Shown here: one piece after another, positions 45,567-56,791 of the stretch | How the letters are laid out: every line of letters begins with the position of its first letter | Numbering within the stretch: position 1 is the stretch's first letter | Origin: Cyanidioschyzon merolae | Taxonomy: Eukaryota | DNA length: 64,000 bases | Direction: 5' to 3' (one strand) | Assembly (NCBI GenBank): GCA_000091205.1 | Contig: AP006488.2 | Notes under the pieces: model-generated | Seen by the model: only the letters and a program-made list of their open reading frames with translations | What the model was told of the DNA's origin: nothing | Databases searched by the model: none | Translations under genes and position numbers: made by a program

Positions 45567-46499
45567 TACTTGCGTTCAGATTACCATGTCCGAGAACTTG
45601 CGGAAACAAAGCATGCACATGAGCAATGTCTGCTGAGGCGCAGGCGCCGGCTGACAGCCGGTCCATGTCCGCTGTGTTAGAAGCGGGCCGTCATTCTGCC
45701 CCAGCCGAGCACGCATTTCGTTGTAGTGGTACCAGTGGGCATGCCGCATACGCAAGGTAGGCACCTGGGTTTCGTTTCAATGCCGCTGGCGCAGACAAAT
45801 GATGGCGTACAAGCGCCTGTGCCCGAGAACGCCAGGCCCGCGCAAACCCGAACGCCGCACCAGCGTAAAGCGACAGCGCGCTGGCGTGTTCCAGGCCGCG
45901 GGACCTGCGCACCTCTGGGGGTCGCGGGATTCACATTGTGGATGAAGGCAAACGGCATCGCTCTGTAAAAGAGACTTGTCGAAATATCACGCTTCATCGT
46001 TCCATTGCCCCGCATGGAAACAGCATGCGAATGGATTCACATCATAACGCACTGGTGCTGCGTCCACAGAGCGCACAGTTCGCACCCGAGACCCTAGTCA
46101 CGATATCCGCACCATTCATGATCGCGCTGTTCAAACGGTGCCTTCATGCTTGGGTATTGGCAAGCACGCAGAGCACCTGCAACGTGAACGTTTCAGGGTC
46201 TCGCTGGCGATTTGCATATCGCCTTGAACCGCCATAATCATGCACAATCCATCATATCTTCAACAAGTTGTCCCTGGAGGCCAGCTTCGCCTATCTCAAT
46301 CATATATACCAATGCTGAGTCGAACAACTTGAAGTGAGATTCGCGAGATGACGCACACGAATTGTTCGTAGATGCGTGTCCGCACGCATGTTGCTGTATG
46401 CATGCGTGCGCAGCTTTTTTTTTCTTTTTTTTCTTCATTGACAAAACGTTTCCATAGGCCAGCGTTCTCCGATGATGCGCATTTTTCTTTTCTTTTCCG

Positions 46500-46760
46500 G
46501 TTTTATTCAGTACGCGGTGAGTTATCCATCAAACCCCCTACTCCCAAGTTATATGACCTATGCTTCTTCTCGGATATTCAGGTCGTTTCGCACGTCCTAT
46601 CGTGTGTGCCTAGTGCCTGCCGAAAGCGACAGCAATAGCGCCTATAGCGCCGGTGCGGTCGCTGCACCGAGACAGAATGGCGTTGCCGTACCACAAAGGG
46701 CGTCGGCTCGAGGCTGCGACCGATAATACCGGCAGCAGCGCCCGCTGCAATCGATGCATC
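46500..46760 (+). repeat. Partial copy (F3) of the 5' 'F' region of the family-1 long element
   Basis: 'CTTCTTCTCGGATATTCAGGTCGTTTCGCACGTCCTATCGTGTGTGCCTAGTGCCTGCC...GAGACAGAATGGCGTTGCCGTACCACAAAGGGCGTCGGCTCGAGG' aligns with 19586-19740 and 54480-54600. Confidence 0.4.
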
Positions 46761-47224
46761 GATCGTACGCAAAAGAAATGGAATGCCTTGACGGATGTAC
46801 CTGGTTCGGTGAATCGATCTTACATGATAAAACTAGTATGCTTTGAAGGATATTCGGGGCCTACGTGGACGCTGCCGGCCAGTCAGCAGCAAGTTGCGCA
46901 AATCATCCGTTTCTTTCCGAGAAGCAGCCATCGATCCACACAAACACCTGCTGCTGCGCCAGCGCTGCCAGTCACGACCTAGCAGACACAATTCGCGCGC
47001 GCTCTACACACGCCTCTGCATTCCGTGAGCTCCAGCCCAGTGATCCCATCCAGAAGAGCTGTTGGTGTCGATCCAGATACCTGGTTGGTGCCGAGCACCG
47101 TCTGGGCGCTTGCTGCGGCATCAGCGATACCGCAACGAACGTTGCGAGGGCGCATCCCACGTGCACCACGCGCACTGCCGTACAGGGAACGCCTGCAGCA
47201 GAGCAGGGCACCTGTGCGAGCGAT

Positions 47225-47300
47225 TCATCGATGGATCCATCGATTCATCCATCGATCCATCCATCGATTCATCCATCGCAGCGCCGCCGCCGCCGCCGCT
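47225..47300. repeat. (CATCGATG/CATCC)n-like tract followed by (GCC)n
   Basis: Direct reading in the region upstream of the PLP-enzyme gene. (CCA)n at about 47527-47560 and (CAG)10 at 47745-47774 follow. Confidence 0.85.
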
Positions 47301-47743
47301 GGTGCCGCTGCCATCCGCCGACGCATCGTACTCGGGGATGCCGCGGCTGCGGGGCACAGCGTTACGGTGCACGTCGCGCTAACGACCTGGGTTACCGCAG
47401 GCGTTCCCTTTTCCTGGTATGCGTAGAGGTCGTGGTGAGCCTTGTGAAACCGGGGCTCGACGGGAGCTGGCGTGTACGTTGAGCTTCGTTCCGCCTGGGT
47501 CGGCTGGCGGGTGGACTCGTGGTAAGCCGCCACCACCACCACCAACACCAACACCACGTGCACCATTATCACCACGATCACCGCCAGGTTCGTGTCAACA
47601 AGTTTCAAGGACGATACCAGCGTCGGCACGAGCCAACAATTGCGAGCGGGTACGCATTCACGCAGTCGATTCGTGTGTTTCTCTAGTCGCGTTGCGGCGA
47701 CGAGACTCGAGCGGGATCGGCGTTCTAGGTCGTGACCGCGCCC

Positions 47744-47744
<1 letters not shown>

Positions 47745-47774
<30 letters not shown>
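47745..47774. repeat. (CAG)10 trinucleotide repeat
   Basis: Direct reading. It encodes poly-Ser in the long ORF frame upstream of the likely start of the PLP-enzyme gene. Confidence 0.9.
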
Positions 47775-47775
<1 letters not shown>

Positions 47776-47940
47776 TTCTGGTTGGCGAACACGCCAACTC
47801 GGCGCTGGTGCACCGGCCTCGAGGCGCGCGGTACGGGCTTTTTCGTGCCGCGCTCTTCAGAGCACCTACTTTACAATTGGGGTTCCCGAAGGCACGTAGT
47901 GCAGCGAGGCACTTGCCAACGGGCTAGCGCTGGAGCTCTG

Positions 47941-49608
47941 ATGCTCTCGCTGACCAGCCACCGTCGCCAAGAGACGCCATGCTCATCGCGGACAAACGCC
48001 GGCGATACATTCACGTCGGATGAATTGGCCACTGTGGAGCAGCTGTTAGAGGTCGCGCCGCAAGAGCGTGCGGAACTCGACCGGGGAGGCACTCTGTCTG
48101 AATCAGACGGTAATGGGCGCGGTGAAGCCGAGGGTGTAGCTGCGACAGCTCCGGCTGCGACAGAAGGCATGGACCGTCAACGTGCGCGCCTCATCCAGGA
48201 CGCTCGGTCGTCGACCCGTGCTGTGCACGGCGGTGAACGTGCCAAGGGCGGAAAGAAGGCCAAAGCGACGGCGGACTCGTTGACAACACCCATCGTGCAG
48301 TCTTCAACGTTCACGTTCCGCAATACGCGGGAATGTATCCAATATAACTTAGGTAAGTACTCCTCGTTCGAATACGGAAGGTACGGAAACCCAACGACAC
48401 GGGCTGCGGAGGAGAAACTAATCGACCTCGAGTGCGGGAATCTGGCACAGCAGGATGCTCATCCGGACTCCGCCGTCTATGATGCGCTCTTGTCGGCCTC
48501 CGGTATGAATGCCGTCACCACCATGTTGTTTGCATTGTTCGCCTTGGACAATGCAGATGTACGGGGCGCGGGGCTCGGTACCACGGTCTCAGAGGAGGGC
48601 ACTGGTGGTTGCCTCATCACGACGACAGACTGCTATCGCCGAACGCGCCAGTTTATTGAAGAAATGATGCCCCGACTCAACGTGCGCGTCGTGATCATGG
48701 ATCCAAGCGACCTTGCGCTGCTGGAAAGTACGTTGCGGGAAATACGAGAGTCCACCGACGGCGCCATCACCCAGCAGAGAGTCGTGTTCTTCAGTGAGTC
48801 GCCGACGAACCCCCTTCTGCGTCTAGTGGATGTGCCGCGCATTGTTGCACTGGCGCGTCAATACGATATGATGGTCTGCATTGATAGCACGTTCGCCACA
48901 CCAATCAACCATCGACCGCTAGAGCTTGGGGCGGATCTCGTGCTCCACAGTGCGACCAAGTACCTGGGTGGCCACAACGACATTCTTGCCGGCGCTCTGA
49001 TCGGCCGTGCTGAACTCATCGCAAAGGTTCGTCGCGCGCACGGCATCCTTGGTGGCGTCATTGATCCCCACACGAGTTATCTGCTCCTGCGTGGACTCAA
49101 GACCCTCAAGATCCGTGTGGACGCCCATAATCAGAATGCTGCCGCTCTCGCACATCGACTGGCCAATGATGAGCGCATCGCCTGTGTCCATTGGCCGGGT
49201 TTACCTGAACACCCCGATTATCACCTCGGTCGCCGCCTTCATGAAGCGTATGCTCAGTTTAGGGCAGCGGATGGTGGTTGCGGCTTTGGTGGTGTGCTCT
49301 CCTTCGAGTTGCGTGGTCACTTGCGCGGTGGCGCCGACGATCCCTACGGTGCGGAGACGTTTCGCCGTACGGGAAAGTTCATCGACGCACTCCGCATACC
49401 GTACATCGGCCCGAGCCTGGGCGGCACGGAAACTCTCGTCGAACAAGTCTGCATCATGGGCTATTTTGATCAACCGCTTTGGCGACGACGCCGTCTCGGA
49501 ATCACTTGCGGTCTCGTGCGTTTCTCCTGTGGAATCGAGGACGCTGAGGATATCGTTCAAGACGTGATGCATGCACTAGACGTGGCGTTCGAGGATACGT
49601 ACGTGTGA
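47941..49608 (+). CDS. Cys/Met-metabolism PLP-dependent enzyme (cystathionine gamma-synthase/beta-lyase family) with an N-terminal extension
   Basis: '[11 protein letters not shown]...[11 protein letters not shown]...YGRYGNPT...', the PLP-lysine context '[18 protein letters not shown]', and the C-terminal '[13 protein letters not shown]'. The start could be ATG 47941 (MLSLTSHRR, targeting-peptide-like) or ATG 48169. The ORF is open from 47419 through microsatellites. TGA stop. Confidence 0.8.
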   Translation: MLSLTSHRRQETPCSSRTNAGDTFTSDELATVEQLLEVAPQERAELDRGGTLSESDGNGRGEAEGVAATAPAATEGMDRQRARLIQDARSSTRAVHGGERAKGGKKAKATADSLTTPIVQSSTFTFRNTRECIQYNLGKYSSFEYGRYGNPTTRAAEEKLIDLECGNLAQQDAHPDSAVYDALLSASGMNAVTTMLFALFALDNADVRGAGLGTTVSEEGTGGCLITTTDCYRRTRQFIEEMMPRLNVRVVIMDPSDLALLESTLREIRESTDGAITQQRVVFFSESPTNPLLRLVDVPRIVALARQYDMMVCIDSTFATPINHRPLELGADLVLHSATKYLGGHNDILAGALIGRAELIAKVRRAHGILGGVIDPHTSYLLLRGLKTLKIRVDAHNQNAAALAHRLANDERIACVHWPGLPEHPDYHLGRRLHEAYAQFRAADGGCGFGGVLSFELRGHLRGGADDPYGAETFRRTGKFIDALRIPYIGPSLGGTETLVEQVCIMGYFDQPLWRRRRLGITCGLVRFSCGIEDAEDIVQDVMHALDVAFEDTYV

Positions 49609-49751
49609 GGTTCAGCAGGGTAGGCTCGCTACCAGAGCGACTTGAGCTCACCAGAGCAGCGCATAATAGCATCTCCGTCGGATGCTCGACATGCTATAAA
49701 CAGAGGCAGGATCATTTACGATACCGCTTGTTCGTAAACCGGAATGGATGC

Positions 49752-51202
49752 CCAGTGTAAGCACAAAACGGGAGAGACCCTTTTCGGCTGGTGTACACGC
49801 TAACGTTTGGGTCGCGTCCCACGCTGATCGACACCAGCCTTTGTTCGCGTTTTCTACCACCGCCTCCTTTTGCTCGCTCTTAGCTCCAGCGTGAACTACG
49901 ACGGTCTCAACTGTCCCGCCAGCTCCACTTTCAGGAGTCGAAGCATGTCGATGGCAGCGTTCAGGTCGCGGTTGCGCTGCCTCCGGCTGGTGTCAAGGCT
50001 CCGCCAGCACCGGCAAAAAAGGTCGCGATCGACGCCTCGCTTGCCACCTTCGTGTTCTTTGAATGGAGCCACGAAGCGGCCCGGCACAGCGGTGACACTT
50101 GGCACTGGTCAGAGGCTCGAGCGTATTCACCACACCCTGTGAGCCGCGGACGACCCTGTAGCGCGTCAGGGCTCGCTTCATCGCTCGGTAAACGCTCTGC
50201 CTGGAACAGAAGCGTCCTATCAATACGATTCTCGGTGTCAACGACTGGTGCACTATCCTAGAAGCACGGGATTCTCGCCGACGATACCCTGGGCGGGGGC
50301 TTTGCCCGCTGCACACACACACACACACACTCATACGTACATCCATCCATCCATACATACATACATACGCACACACAGCATCGCGTGCAGTTCCATTCCA
50401 TTGAGGGCTGTGGAGCGCGAGTTCTGCATAAGATGGAACAATTGCCTTGACGAACTTGCTGGCTCTAGATCGAGTAGAGATACTGCGATCTGTCGAGGCT
50501 TCCTGCGACCAAGGCGGTGACACTTGTTGTACCACAGGCGATCGCCGCGGTAATCGAGTCCCAAGTCGAGCATTCTCTTCCAAACAAACAGAAGAGACAG
50601 TGCTTCTCGGGGCTTGGTAACGAAGCGGTAGCATACTGCTGCCGAATGCCGCCTCGATCCTGGTCACAGAGACCCGAGGATTCGTCTCCCGCACGGAATG
50701 GATTCCATGACGCCAGGAGTCCAGTGAACTCTCTGTGTGTGAGCTTGCGAACAGGTCGTCCGAGCACGACATACACCTCTCTCCATCTCCATCGGCCTGC
50801 CGGGCGCATATTGCTGCACCCCAAGCGTTGCCTCAATATAGAACGATCGAAAACTTGAGGTATGCACGGTGTGAGCGTGCTGCTCACTCGCAAACGAGAG
50901 GACTGGCGGCTTGTACGCGTGCAACGGATGCTCATTGCAATGTTTCCGTATGAACCGCTGTACGAGTGTATCGCGAAGCATCCTGACTCTGGTAGCGTGA
51001 CGAATTCGGGCGGGACAGCGTCGAGGAAGCCGCACCAAAACGTCGACCGATGATCCTAAAACGACGCATGAATCCATCATACGTTGTTGGTGCACCTCGA
51101 ATGTCGAGCGTGTTCGTGTACCAAGAAAACGCTGGAGACAATATCCAGCGGCATCGACAGAACAAACAGTTCAGCGTTCCAGTTTGAGATCCGGAACGGA
51201 TG
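49752..51202 (-). mobile_element. Family-2 element (R2), copy Y
   Basis: About 97% identical to copy X. Here the minus-strand ORF 49993-50772 is continuous through the microsatellite into '...YRVVRGSQGVVNTLEPLTSAKCHRCAGPLRG'. It lies between the PLP-enzyme stop (49608) and the UTP7 stop (51336). Confidence 0.7.
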
Positions 51203-51335
51203 AAGATGCTCTCCGATGGAGCTCTTGTCAAATGTAACCTGCCTTTCCACGCGAATGACTGAGCGTCGGGGCCTCTCAACGATGATTCTTTCACAAAATC
51301 TGCCACTCCTAGTAAACCTTACCCGAATTTACAGG

Positions 51336-53273
51336 CTACCGTTGGTGTTGGTGAAAGCTTTGCAACGCCCGCGGCATCAACTTTGCGAGATGTGCGCGGT
51401 TTGTGTGCCTCTCGCTGCGCAGTGTCGCTTGAGTGGCATCCTTGGATGAGCGCTGCCCAGTTTCATGATCATGAACACGAGGATGGCCTCGTTGACGACG
51501 ACGACGACGATGCTGAAGCATTTGCACTAGACGGGTTCGGAGCGCTTCGGCCTTCGTGTCGATCACATTTTGTTGACGCCTTCGTAGTCGATTGGCGAGA
51601 GCATTCCTCCCACGGCTCTTTCGGAGTGAGGGGTGCTTCACCCGACGCCGCCACGGCGGTACCGAAGCCGACAAACCCCCGTTCTCATCGGTCTGTGCAT
51701 CCTCGGGTGCCGAGCTCTGGTCTTCTCGAGGTGCTGCCTCGTTGGGTGCAGTTTCTGCTGGTGGTCGGTAGCGAAGCTGCGAGACTCGCCTTCCTGTGCG
51801 CTGGACTCTGCGGTGATCTCGTTCTACCCGTCCAATAAAGTTCGGGTCGAGCGCGATGGTTTCTGGTGGGAGCTTCTCCAGCAGCAGCTGCACTTGCGCT
51901 GCGCGGCGCTGTGCTTTCTGCCAGTAGGGGTTAGGCTCAAGCGCATCAAACTCGGGCTCTCCGGATCCAGGGACGAGGCACGACTCGAACCCAGTAGAGT
52001 AGCCAACACCGAGCACATCTTCGAAAGGCGCAAAAGCAACAGCGCTGATCCGCGTCCCGCCGGCTCCAACACCGACCCGTGTCTGCAGGTAGGGCTCGTA
52101 CGCCTTGGCCTCGTACAGTGCCCAGTCCTTCCAGATGATCACTCGACCTCCAGCGCTGTGCCCGATCGCCAAGAGCCCAGTTTGACTGACGTCCATTGAG
52201 GTAATCAAACCACCGCTTTTCGATTCGTAGGAATGAATCGGTCGGAACAGTTTCCGCATGTCCCATACGGCAAAGTGTCGACTCGCTGCCCCGGCGGTTA
52301 CCAGGTAACGACCGCCGTGATCGGTGGCGACGGCAGCAACGCCACCGTAACCCGGATGCGCAAGAACCTTTGCCAACGGCTCGTTTGGCATAGCCGGAGA
52401 CCACAGCTGCACCGTTCCGTTGGCATGTCCGGTGAACGCGACGCCATGGTAGGGGCTCGTCGTGAGCGCAGCGCTCGGTCTGCCCAGATGCGTCGGGAAC
52501 TGGGCCACCGTCATTCCATTCGAGACGTCGGTGTAGTGGAGTTCGCCCGTCTCGCTCATACTCAATAACAAAAGATGATATCGCAGAAAATCGAGACTAT
52601 GTGGGCGCGAGTGTTGACGCAGGCAGTGGATCTGGGCACCACTGACGGCGTCGTGGATAGCGACAGCACGTTCCACGGCCGCTGCAAACAACCCGTCTGT
52701 ATGCAACATCACAACATCGCGGAGGTGTTCTCCAAGGTGCAATTCTGGTGCCATGGTGCGCTTGCGGCGCCAGTCCAGAACGACGACATGGCCGTTGTGG
52801 AGTCCTCCCAGCAGCAAGACACGCGAGCTTGCAGAATAACGAGCTCGGTAGCCCATGGTGGGATGTTCGACACCGTTCGAGCTAGCGGCTCGTTCTTGCT
52901 TGCGGAGTACCTGCGAGGCGCGAGTTCGCGAGTAGTCCTCAAAGTCGAGGCGAAAACGCCCTCGTTGTGCATAGAGGCTGCTTGCTTCCTGTAGCGCTTG
53001 CTGAGAAACGTGGCTCGTATGGCGTTCGAGTTCAGACTCGGGCTCGATGAAACCACGCCGGCCTTCCCGATCGAGCAGCAAGTCAAGTTCAGCAGACCGT
53101 TCGGCTGCCTCTCGAGACTGGTGCACCACTTGTTCGATCTTATGCCGAAGGGAACGCTGCGAGACCCGCACCATCGTGTGATCGCTCAGCAGTGCAGTGG
53201 CGGCCGGGGGCAGTCGCTGGTACCGCTTGTAACCGGGTGTCGCCTCGAGCGTCGTCACGCGTTCCTCCACCAT
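51336..53273 (-). CDS. UTP7: U3 snoRNP / SSU-processome WD40 protein UTP7 (WDR46/BING4)
   Basis: WD40 repeats plus the BING4 C-terminal domain 'FAPFEDVLGVGYSTGFESCLVPGSGEPEFDALEPNPY', and a basic C-terminus. ATG at complement 53271-53273. The 116 codons of open frame upstream are taken to be non-coding leader. Confidence 0.8.
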   Translation of the reverse strand: MVEERVTTLEATPGYKRYQRLPPAATALLSDHTMVRVSQRSLRHKIEQVVHQSREAAERSAELDLLLDREGRRGFIEPESELERHTSHVSQQALQEASSLYAQRGRFRLDFEDYSRTRASQVLRKQERAASSNGVEHPTMGYRARYSASSRVLLLGGLHNGHVVVLDWRRKRTMAPELHLGEHLRDVVMLHTDGLFAAAVERAVAIHDAVSGAQIHCLRQHSRPHSLDFLRYHLLLLSMSETGELHYTDVSNGMTVAQFPTHLGRPSAALTTSPYHGVAFTGHANGTVQLWSPAMPNEPLAKVLAHPGYGGVAAVATDHGGRYLVTAGAASRHFAVWDMRKLFRPIHSYESKSGGLITSMDVSQTGLLAIGHSAGGRVIIWKDWALYEAKAYEPYLQTRVGVGAGGTRISAVAFAPFEDVLGVGYSTGFESCLVPGSGEPEFDALEPNPYWQKAQRRAAQVQLLLEKLPPETIALDPNFIGRVERDHRRVQRTGRRVSQLRYRPPAETAPNEAAPREDQSSAPEDAQTDENGGLSASVPPWRRRVKHPSLRKSRGRNALANRLRRRQQNVIDTKAEALRTRLVQMLQHRRRRRQRGHPRVHDHETGQRSSKDATQATLRSERHTNRAHLAKLMPRALQSFHQHQR

Positions 53274-53632
53274 ACTGAATTTGAATAGAACCCGAGATGC
53301 AATATCTAACGTAGTTTGACGCCAGAGAGCAAGTCGCGGAATCCGTGGAAGCGACCCGCGATTCGTCGACGACTCAGGCGCCGTGTGGCACACGCGGCAC
53401 CGCCAAGCCGTGTTTGCACCGGCGACGTTTGCGTTCCCGAGCTCGAACGCCTGCGTGCAGCTGTCGCGCAGGTTGATGAGCTTTAGGTTTAGATCCGATG
53501 GTGTCAGGTTGCTTTGATCAACGAAGGTCAAACGGACAACAAACGGGTCGTCATAAGATGTTGGCGAGTCCGCGTGGCATACGCAGGCCAAGTCTGCAAA
53601 CCGGATATGGATGTAGGTCAATACTTGAATGT

Positions 53633-54303
53633 TTTGTACAAAAGTATAACAAAGATCCCTTAGCGGCGATGCGACTTTCTCATGGCGGGTATCGACGTCG
53701 TACCATATTAACCATTATTGGTCTAAAAAGTACAACAAAGGTCCCTTAGCGGCGATGCGACTTTCTCATGGCGGGTATCGACGTCGTACCATATTAACCA
53801 TTATTGGTCTAAAAAGTACAACAAAGATCCCTTAGCGGCGATGCGACTTTCTCATGGCGGGTATCGACGTCGTACCATATTAACCATTATTGGTCTAAAA
53901 AGTACAACAAAGGTCCCTTAGCGGCGATGCGACTTTCTCATGGCGGGTATCGACGTCGTACCATATTAACCATTATTGGTCTAAAAAGTACAACAAAGGT
54001 CCCTTAGCGGCGATGCGACTTTCTCATGGCGGGTATCGACGTCGTACCATATTAGCCATTATTGGTCTAAAAAGTACAACAAAGGTCCCTTAGCGGCGAT
54101 GCGACTTTCTCATGGCGGGTATCGACGTCGTACCATATTAGCCATTATTGGTCTAAAAAGTACAACAAAGATCCCTTAGCGGCGATGCGACTTTCTCATG
54201 GCGGGTATCGACGTCGTACCATATTAACCATTATTGGTCTAAAAAGTACAACAAAGATCCCTTAGCGGCGATGCGACTTTCTCATGGCGGGTATCGACGT
54301 CGT
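53633..54303. repeat. 86-bp tandem array, about 8 units
   Basis: The unit 'CCCTTAGCGGCGATGCGACTTTCTCATGGCGGGTATCGACGTCGTACCATATTAACCATTATTGGTCTAAAAAGTACAACAAAG(A/G)T' starts at 53657, 53743, 53829, 53915, 54001, 54087, 54173 and 54259. Unit variants are A/G and TTAACC/TTAGCC. The array abuts the 5' end of the F2 repeat. Confidence 0.9.
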
Positions 54304-54319
54304 GCTCCATTGCGTTCGA

Positions 54320-55100
54320 TCACTCGGGTTTTTGTTTGATGGTACGTCTACATTGACCTGGGGTTCCAGATTCCAGGTTGGATAATAGCATTCTTGAAAG
54401 TGCCCATCATGGTGCACCATACCTCCATGCGCCATTCCACATACTTGCTCTTGGACGTACCGGCCGCTTGATACGTTCTATTGTTCGCAGAGTGCCTGCG
54501 CTGCGCACCTGCCATAGCGCCTAAACCCCTGGTACAGATGCATCACGGAGACAGAACGACTTTACCATACTAGCAAGGGCATCGGCATGAGGCGCGCTCC
54601 ACTCGACACGGAATCAGGATTCATCATCATCCTGAGCATAGGGAAGCTGCGCAGACGGACCTACTGCATGCCGCAGCGCGAAGCGATGTACTAGGAGTCC
54701 ACTGCGACCGGGGCGACGTCCAGATGCAGCTTACTTGTTCCTTGTCCCAGAATAAACTGCATTGCGGACGCGTTGCTCAGGTCTCGACACAACACCCCGG
54801 TATTGGAAGGAGCACGAGGCACTAGGCTGGCAGACTCGTCCGGCTCGCGTGATTCTCCGCCTGCAAAGTCAACTTGAGAAAATACGGAAAACTCTGTTCC
54901 ATATGCAACGCTGAACATGAAGCTTGAATGAAAGTGTTATCCAGGTGCTTGTCAGTTGTCACTTTCTGTACTCTCGAACAGACTTTCTCGCAGGGTATTT
55001 GTGCCCGGAAATTGTTGCTCGTTGCCAATCTTCAGGAAACAGCATCGCCACCGGAGTATTCGGAATGGATCGCTCTTTACAAGTTTGACGTCAACCTCTT
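54320..55100 (+). repeat. Solo copy (F2) of the 5' 'F' region of the family-1 long element
   Basis: Homologous over about 600 bp to 19440-20100: 'CATACTTGCTCTTGGAC...AGTGCCTGCGCTGCGCACCTGCCATAGCGCC...CGGAGACAGAACGACTTTACCATACTA...GAAGCTGCGCAG...AAGCGATGTACTAGGAGTCCACT...AATAAACTGCATTGCGGACG'. No nuclease ORF follows. The 3' boundary is approximate. Confidence 0.5.
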
Positions 55101-55572
55101 CAAACGCGGATGAGCATAATCGACGCACAACGACAGTCAGGTATCTGGATCATACATAGGCATACTTTCATGGACACACTTGGGAGTAACATGGCGGTCT
55201 CGGAATTCCCGTGGAGGACGTTCCCAGCGCTTGACCTGGCGATGCGTCCGAAAGCGCACCTGTGCAATGCGTTCCGCGAAGCACATGTCCGTAGACGGGC
55301 CGGGGCGCGAGAAAACTTTACTTCTGGCGTCTGCAGTCACTTTAGGGCTTTGCGCTGCGTTCAATATACGCTGACGATCCTGTACTCCGTCATTGGTAGC
55401 GTTCGCTTCCTTCTCGAGCGAACACGGGTACCCGTTGCAACCAGCGCCCGAACGTACGTGCGCCTGGAGCCCGTGCCCCAGCACCAGCACTCTCTCGCTA
55501 CTTGAACGCTGTCCGCGAGACTCGTGCACTTTTCCACCGAACCTTTCGAAAACGTCACCTGGCAGCGGCTTG

Positions 55573-55983
55573 ATGCAAGGCAGACTGTTTCTGCGGGGTT
55601 TACGATTTTTTGGTTATCACGGCGCGGTGGCGGCAGAGCGAACGCTTGGCCAAGTGTTCCAGGTGGACCTCGAGGTTGCCACCAGCGTCCTCGGTCGAGC
55701 AGCGCGAAGCGATTCCCTTCAAGATACCCTCGATTATGTGAAACTGTACGAAATCGTAAAAGAGGTTGTGCAGGGCCCTCCAAGGAACCTCGTTGAAACC
55801 TTAGCCCTCGATATTATTCAGCGAGTTTTCCAGTCGTTTCAAGATGCCGAGGAGGTCTCGTGCGCAGTGCACAAACCCGCGATTTCGATTCCGGGAAAAG
55901 TGGACCAAGGCTCTATCGGTGTTCAGTTTACCAGGACAAGGCAAGCTTCATGCAGCAGCAACAGCGCCGCCACACCGTGTTAG
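55573..55983 (+). CDS. folB: Dihydroneopterin aldolase (folate biosynthesis), stand-alone
   Basis: 'MQGRLFLRGLRFFGYHGAVAAERTLGQVFQVDLEV...SDSLQDTLDYVKLYEIVKEVVQGPPRNLVETLALDIIQRVF...VHKPAISIPGKVDQGSIGVQFTR' matches FolB along its whole length, about 136 aa. ATG at 55573. Confidence 0.8.
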   Translation: MQGRLFLRGLRFFGYHGAVAAERTLGQVFQVDLEVATSVLGRAARSDSLQDTLDYVKLYEIVKEVVQGPPRNLVETLALDIIQRVFQSFQDAEEVSCAVHKPAISIPGKVDQGSIGVQFTRTRQASCSSNSAATPC

Positions 55984-56791
55984 AGAACGCCTTGTAGCTA
56001 GTTGCCAGAGCAGTACCCGGTCTGCTTGAAGGGTACATTCACAGGTCTAGCGAGGAACTGCAGTGCTCGCCACTGCGGCTCTAGTGCATGACGAAAAATG
56101 GATATGCATTCAACGCGAACCGATCATCCCGGAATTGTGTATGTCGCAAGCAAGCACGTGCCGCCTGGTATCGCTGACCAGTTCGAACACGGGCGCAGAC
56201 GATGTGCCGTGGCACGCTCAGCGCCCCCGGTCTCTCTCCTGGAGTGTGTGTGTGTGTGTGTGTCTATCGATACACCTGGTAATCGCGTCTGTCTTTCCTA
56301 TTTCAGCGGGCCGGGAAACGCGCGCCGCTGCGAATGCTCACGGACGGGCTGTCTTCGTGGTCGTCGTCGTCGTCGTCGTCGTCGTCACGATTATCATGAT
56401 CATCATCATACTGTGCAGTTTGGGGCGATTCCCAGTCGCGTTCGTGCCAACACAAGCATCTGGCGTGGCCGCTCGTTCCGCATATCAGCGGAAACGCGCT
56501 TCCGCGGAAAAAGCTCATTGGCGCCGATACTCCAAAGGCCCCGTTGATGCAGCCTCGGACGCACGCCAAGCTCACGACATCAACTCGTGTACGCGATACG
56601 CGTCCGCGAGTCCATTGCCTGATAGTAGCGAAAGACGGTGCCTTGAGCATAGCCCTCCTCTCTCATTGCGTCCATCAACGGGTCGACGCAACTGCTGCAT
56701 CTGGTCTGTAGACGGTGCGAGCCAGCGCTTCCCCCTGGGAGGCACTCCACGCAAGGTCGAACGCTTTCAGACAGCAGCACCAGTGCGATAC

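Noticed and set aside
51955-52040. tRNA-like 'TCGAACCC' T-arm-complement motif.
   Set aside because: It lies inside the UTP7 WD40 coding region. The surrounding sequence cannot be folded into a cloverleaf by eye. No convincing tRNA genes were seen in the window.
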